Position numbers and translations under genes: made by a program. A model generated the notes under the pieces. The model worked only from the letters and a program-made list of their open reading frames with translations, made no database searches and had not been told where the DNA came from. From Dehalococcoidia bacterium (lineage in GTDB: Bacteria; Chloroflexota; Dehalococcoidia; Lucifugimonadales; UBA3495), in NCBI GenBank assembly GCA_965261885.1, contig CBDHDY010000034.1:19474-83473 (forward strand): a DNA stretch of 64,000 bases, read 5' to 3'. Shown in pieces: positions 60,847-64,000 of this stretch; positions within the stretch are counted from its first letter, which is position 1, and each line of letters opens with the position of its first letter.

Positions 60847-61794
60847 CTATTTCCCGAAAGGTTTGAACTGCCTGAATGCCTCTATGGCCTCCTCTTCCGC
60901 TTCCATCGCCGCCACGTAGTGGTCCAGCATCTGGGGCGTCGACCAACCCGCAATCGCCTGGACATACGGTCGAGGGATGCTCTGCTTGACGGCGTTGGCA
61001 GCGAAAGTCCTTCTGAATATGTGGCAGGCGTCCTTCATCTCCACCTTTGCCCTTTCGGATAGTCTCTTCAGGTCCTGCCAGATTCCGTCATAACCCAATC
61101 TGACCCCTTCCTCCGTAACCCAAAGCCACTCAAGAGAGTCCCAACGTTGTTGCATGTAACGGAGCATCGCCCTCTGGCAGCGCCGTTCAAATGGTACCTG
61201 TCTCTCTTTCTGGCCCTTGCCGTAGATCACTCGAATCACCGAATTGTCCCAGTCCAAGTCCTGTTTTTTCAGCATCCACATCTCGTTTCTCCTGATCCCG
61301 GTGGTGGCCATCATCCACAACATGGATTGCCTGCGAGCGCCGGCGAACGTGTTCAGAGGACAAAGTTCGAGCAGAGATGCGAATTGCTCTTCGGTCAAGA
61401 AGGGCTTTCGGGTTTTGGGCACCTTGGGGGCCTTGATTTTCGCGGCCGGCGAAGCGTCAATGAGGCTCCACTCCACGCACCAGTTTAGCCAGGTGGTGAT
61501 TGCTTGCCATCGAGTGCGTATTGAACGGGGCTTCAAGCCTCGCTCCCGCATCGAGCCGAGGTGCTGCAGGACGTGAAGAGAGGCAAGGTCGGTCAGGGTG
61601 TGGCAATCGGGGTCAATCGTTTCGAGGTCCTGCAGAAACAGTCGCAGTTCCTTGGCGTAGAACTTAACGGTCGCCTCTGTGCTGCCCTCAATGCGGTGGT
61701 ACCGGAGATAATCTTGAAGTGATTTTTGTAACCGCTGGGTCATGCCCAAAGCTGACTCAGCTTTGCGACCCGGAGTAACCGCTAGGTCATCCAT
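60847..61794 (-). CDS. Tyrosine recombinase/integrase
   Basis: TGIRRNE, GKGQKER, HIFRR, AGW...MLDHY; begins just 3' of tRNA-Asn. Confidence 0.92.
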   Translation of the reverse strand: MDDLAVTPGRKAESALGMTQRLQKSLQDYLRYHRIEGSTEATVKFYAKELRLFLQDLETIDPDCHTLTDLASLHVLQHLGSMRERGLKPRSIRTRWQAITTWLNWCVEWSLIDASPAAKIKAPKVPKTRKPFLTEEQFASLLELCPLNTFAGARRQSMLWMMATTGIRRNEMWMLKKQDLDWDNSVIRVIYGKGQKERQVPFERRCQRAMLRYMQQRWDSLEWLWVTEEGVRLGYDGIWQDLKRLSERAKVEMKDACHIFRRTFAANAVKQSIPRPYVQAIAGWSTPQMLDHYVAAMEAEEEAIEAFRQFKPFGK

Positions 61795-61832
61795 CCATAG
61801 TTTGCCGACTCTGGACGCCCATTTTGTAGCTG

Positions 61833-61907
61833 TGGCTCCCCGAGTAGGATTCGAACCTACGACCTAGCGGTTAACAGCCGCCCGCTCTACCGCTGAGCTA
61901 TCGGGGA
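61833..61907 (-). tRNA. tRNA-Asn(GTT)
   Basis: tccccga..agctcagcggtagagc..ggctGTTaaccg..ggttcgaatcc..tcggggagcca, full cloverleaf with CCA. Confidence 0.97.
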
Positions 61908-61948
61908 TCATACGTGGCCGCATCGCACGGCCAACTTTGCAGGGTTGG

Positions 61949-61977
61949 ATTGTATCACCTGCTGCGTCGATGCTCAA
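61949..61977 (-). promoter_or_regulatory. Sigma70-type promoter for tRNA-Asn
   Basis: TTGAGC-N17-TACAAT on the minus strand. Confidence 0.55.
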
Positions 61978-62248
61978 CTGATATTTATTCGGCCCGAAAG
62001 TCCATCGCCTGGGATATCTCTCGTGCTTGACCAACTAAGTGCTCGTCAAATGTCCGTTGCCGCCCTCGTCCATATAACCTGCCTGGATTAACTGCTTGGC
62101 GACGTCGCTGGAATCTTGTCGCGGGAGGAGAGAGGACTATCGGAACACCCTCATTCGACTCGACAAGCGAATTGTTTGCCGACCATTTTCAGTCCGAGCC
62201 CCGAGTCCGGGCCCCGAGTACATATTTGATAGTTATCGCCGTCACATA

Positions 62249-62278
62249 CTTGACAGTAATGTCATCAATTATTAGCAT
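62249..62278 (+). promoter_or_regulatory. Sigma70 promoter overlapped by HAIR-like (HspR) inverted repeat
   Basis: TTGACA-N17-TAGCAT; CTTGAca-N7-caTCAAt versus HAIR CTTGAGT-N7-ACTCAAG. Confidence 0.6.
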
Positions 62279-62378
62279 GTGAATACGTTGAGAATGCCTG
62301 AAGTTGCAAAGAACAGGCTTGGGCATTTTCGATGTACCTGCTTGGCACTATGTACATCCCATGTTTGGTGGTGCTGCC

Positions 62379-63281
62379 ATGAGTAACTATTACGACGTTC
62401 TGGGCGTCAGCAAGGACGCCTCAGAAAAGGATATCCGCCAAGCCTACAGGCGTCTGGCCCGACAGTACCACCCCGACGTGAACAAAAACGATGCCGCGGC
62501 CGAGGATAAATTCAAGGAGATAAACGAGGCTTACAGCGTCCTGTCGGATGAGGACTCCCGCAAAAAGTACGACCAGTATGGCGATAACTGGAAACACGCT
62601 GACCAGTTCCGCCATGCCGGCCCGCCACCCGGCGGAGGCGTCCGCTATACCTTTGTTGACGGTGATGACGCAAATTCGGGCTTCGGCGGACGAGGAATGG
62701 GAGGCATTTTCGGCGACTTCTTTGGTGCGGGCTCATCCCGAGGCCGGACCTGGCGCCCGCCGCCCACCGAATACCACGCCGAGATTTCGCTGGAAGAGGC
62801 TTTTCACGGCACAGGCCGCACCCTGCGGGCACAGGACGGCCGTAGCCTGGAGGTGAAGGTGCCGGCAGGGGTGGACAATGGCTCCAGGGTTCACATTGCT
62901 CCCGACGGACCACAGGGTAGTGACTATTTCCTAGTGGTTTCGGTGGCGGATCATCCCAAGTTCAAGCGGGAGGGGCGCAACCTCTTCGTTGACGTTGATC
63001 TCCCGGTGGAGGACGCCGTCCTGGGCGCCGAAATACTCGCGCCGACCCTGACGGGGCAGGTGGCGCTGACCGTACCTCCCGGCACACCCAACGAGCGGCG
63101 CTTCCGGTTGTCCGGCCTGGGAATGTCGGCACTGTCCGGCGGAGGAGGGCGGGGCGACCTGTACGTCACTGCCAAGCTCCGCCTGCCAGTTAATCCCTCT
63201 GATGAGGAGTTGGACCTGTTCCGCAGGCTGCGGGAGCTTAGATTGGATCGCTCCAAGGCCAACGGGGCGCACCCGCCCTAG
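62379..63281 (+). CDS. Class B J-domain chaperone (CbpA/DnaJ-like)
   Basis: NYYDVLGV, YHPDVN, G/F region, C-terminal VKVPAGV, GDLYV; no Zn finger. Confidence 0.9.
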   Translation: MSNYYDVLGVSKDASEKDIRQAYRRLARQYHPDVNKNDAAAEDKFKEINEAYSVLSDEDSRKKYDQYGDNWKHADQFRHAGPPPGGGVRYTFVDGDDANSGFGGRGMGGIFGDFFGAGSSRGRTWRPPPTEYHAEISLEEAFHGTGRTLRAQDGRSLEVKVPAGVDNGSRVHIAPDGPQGSDYFLVVSVADHPKFKREGRNLFVDVDLPVEDAVLGAEILAPTLTGQVALTVPPGTPNERRFRLSGLGMSALSGGGGRGDLYVTAKLRLPVNPSDEELDLFRRLRELRLDRSKANGAHPP

Positions 63282-63346
63282 CCTGTAACCAACCTGCAAC
63301 CAGCCTGGAACGGTCAATCTCAAGGCACACCCAAAGGAGTGAATAA

Positions 63347-63682
63347 ATGGCTGAGGAAGGACGGCTCCTCGAGGAACCTTGCTTTGTCATCAGCGTGGCA
63401 GCCCGCATCGTAGGGGTGCACGCACAAACACTGCGCCACTACGAACGCCTGGGCCTGATCTGGCCCTCCCGCACGTCAGGCCGTCAACGGATGTACTCAA
63501 TGGCGGACATAGAACGAATACGAAGGGTGAGAACCCTGACCGAGGAAATGGGCGTCAACCTGGCAGGGGCGGAAGTCGCCCTCAAGCTGATGGAGCGGGT
63601 CGAACAGCTGGAGCAGGAGGTGGCCGCTCTCAGAGAGTCCGTCGCCCACCTCAGGCAGGGTCAGAGGACGCGGCGTTCCTGA
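63347..63682 (+). CDS. hspR: HspR-like MerR heat-shock repressor
   Basis: ISVAARIVGVHAQTLRHYERLGLI.PSR..G.QRMYS, GVNLAG; lies between dnaJ and clpB. Confidence 0.85.
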   Translation: MAEEGRLLEEPCFVISVAARIVGVHAQTLRHYERLGLIWPSRTSGRQRMYSMADIERIRRVRTLTEEMGVNLAGAEVALKLMERVEQLEQEVAALRESVAHLRQGQRTRRS

Positions 63683-63787
63683 AGCGACTGACGGAGGAGT
63701 GGTACCCGAATCCCCATCCGCACTCCATGGCCCCGTTGAAACAAGGCCCCGTCGAAGTAGCGAAGGAATAGCGAAGGAGGGAGAAGC

Positions 63788-64000
63788 ATGGCATCGCAGA
63801 ACACTAATTACACCAACCAGGCGCGGCTGGTGCTTCAGAACTCGCAGGAGTTGGTGCAGAGCCACCTCCACACCTAGTGGGACGTTGAACACATTCTTCT
63901 GGCACTGCTGGACATGGATGACGGAGTTCCATCCCGCATTTTCGCTGAGCTTGGCGCACCCAAGGATGACATCAGGGCGGCGCTGTACCAGGCCCTGGAA
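63788..64000 (+). pseudogene. ClpB/ClpC-type ATPase N-terminal domain, in-frame TAG at codon 30; runs off window
   Basis: MASQNTNYTNQARLVLQNSQELVQSHLHT-TAG-WDVEHILLALL; AGGAGG RBS. Confidence 0.75.

Larger units (their letters stand above)
35226..61832. mobile_element. Decaying genomic island adjacent to tRNA-Asn (integrases, type I R-M, TA, IS elements, surface proteins)
   Basis: Two tyrosine recombinases next to a tRNA, IS1182/IS21/IS1380 elements, many pseudogenes, AT-richer patches; left boundary approximate (no att duplicate found). Confidence 0.75.

Noticed and set aside
35249-64000. Alternative genetic code or general stop-codon readthrough suggested by many in-frame stops
   Set aside because: The stops are mixed (TAA, TAG, TGA), co-occur with frameshifts, and all three codons terminate normal genes. 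Only the UGA at 27551 has a catalytic position and a SECIS-like hairpin.

Overview
A GC-rich bacterial window, probably Chloroflexota (Dehalococcoidia/SAR202-like). This placement is inferred from gene content; the cadherin, FN3 and TPR cargo would fit a sponge-associated lineage. 1-35 kb is core or metabolic: a GmaS-like glutamine synthetase plus a four-subunit sarcosine-oxidase/N-methylglutamate-dehydrogenase operon, an amidase, two tandem D-aminoacylase-like paralogs, lipA-gmk-aroA-tyrA, otsAB, rpiB, an ABC exporter pair and argS. It also holds a DsbA/FrnE-like selenoprotein (UPWC, in-frame TGA plus SECIS-like hairpin) that the ORF track truncates. About 35.2-61.8 kb is a decaying genomic island beside tRNA-Asn. 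It has two tandem tyrosine integrases separated by a tRNA-Ile 3' half, and a DNPH1/Rcl-like N-hydrolase ahead of a type I R-M locus whose hsdS carries two nonsense codons, with a HicB-HicA-HicB insert. It also has a translationally coupled pair of J-domain genes split by IS21, a cadherin-repeat/dockerin-like protein next to an IS1182-split membrane-anchored partner, an IS1380 remnant and several pseudogenes. The window ends with cbpA/dnaJ-hspR-clpB, the clp gene carrying an early TAG. All calls come from manual motif recognition; no database searches were run.
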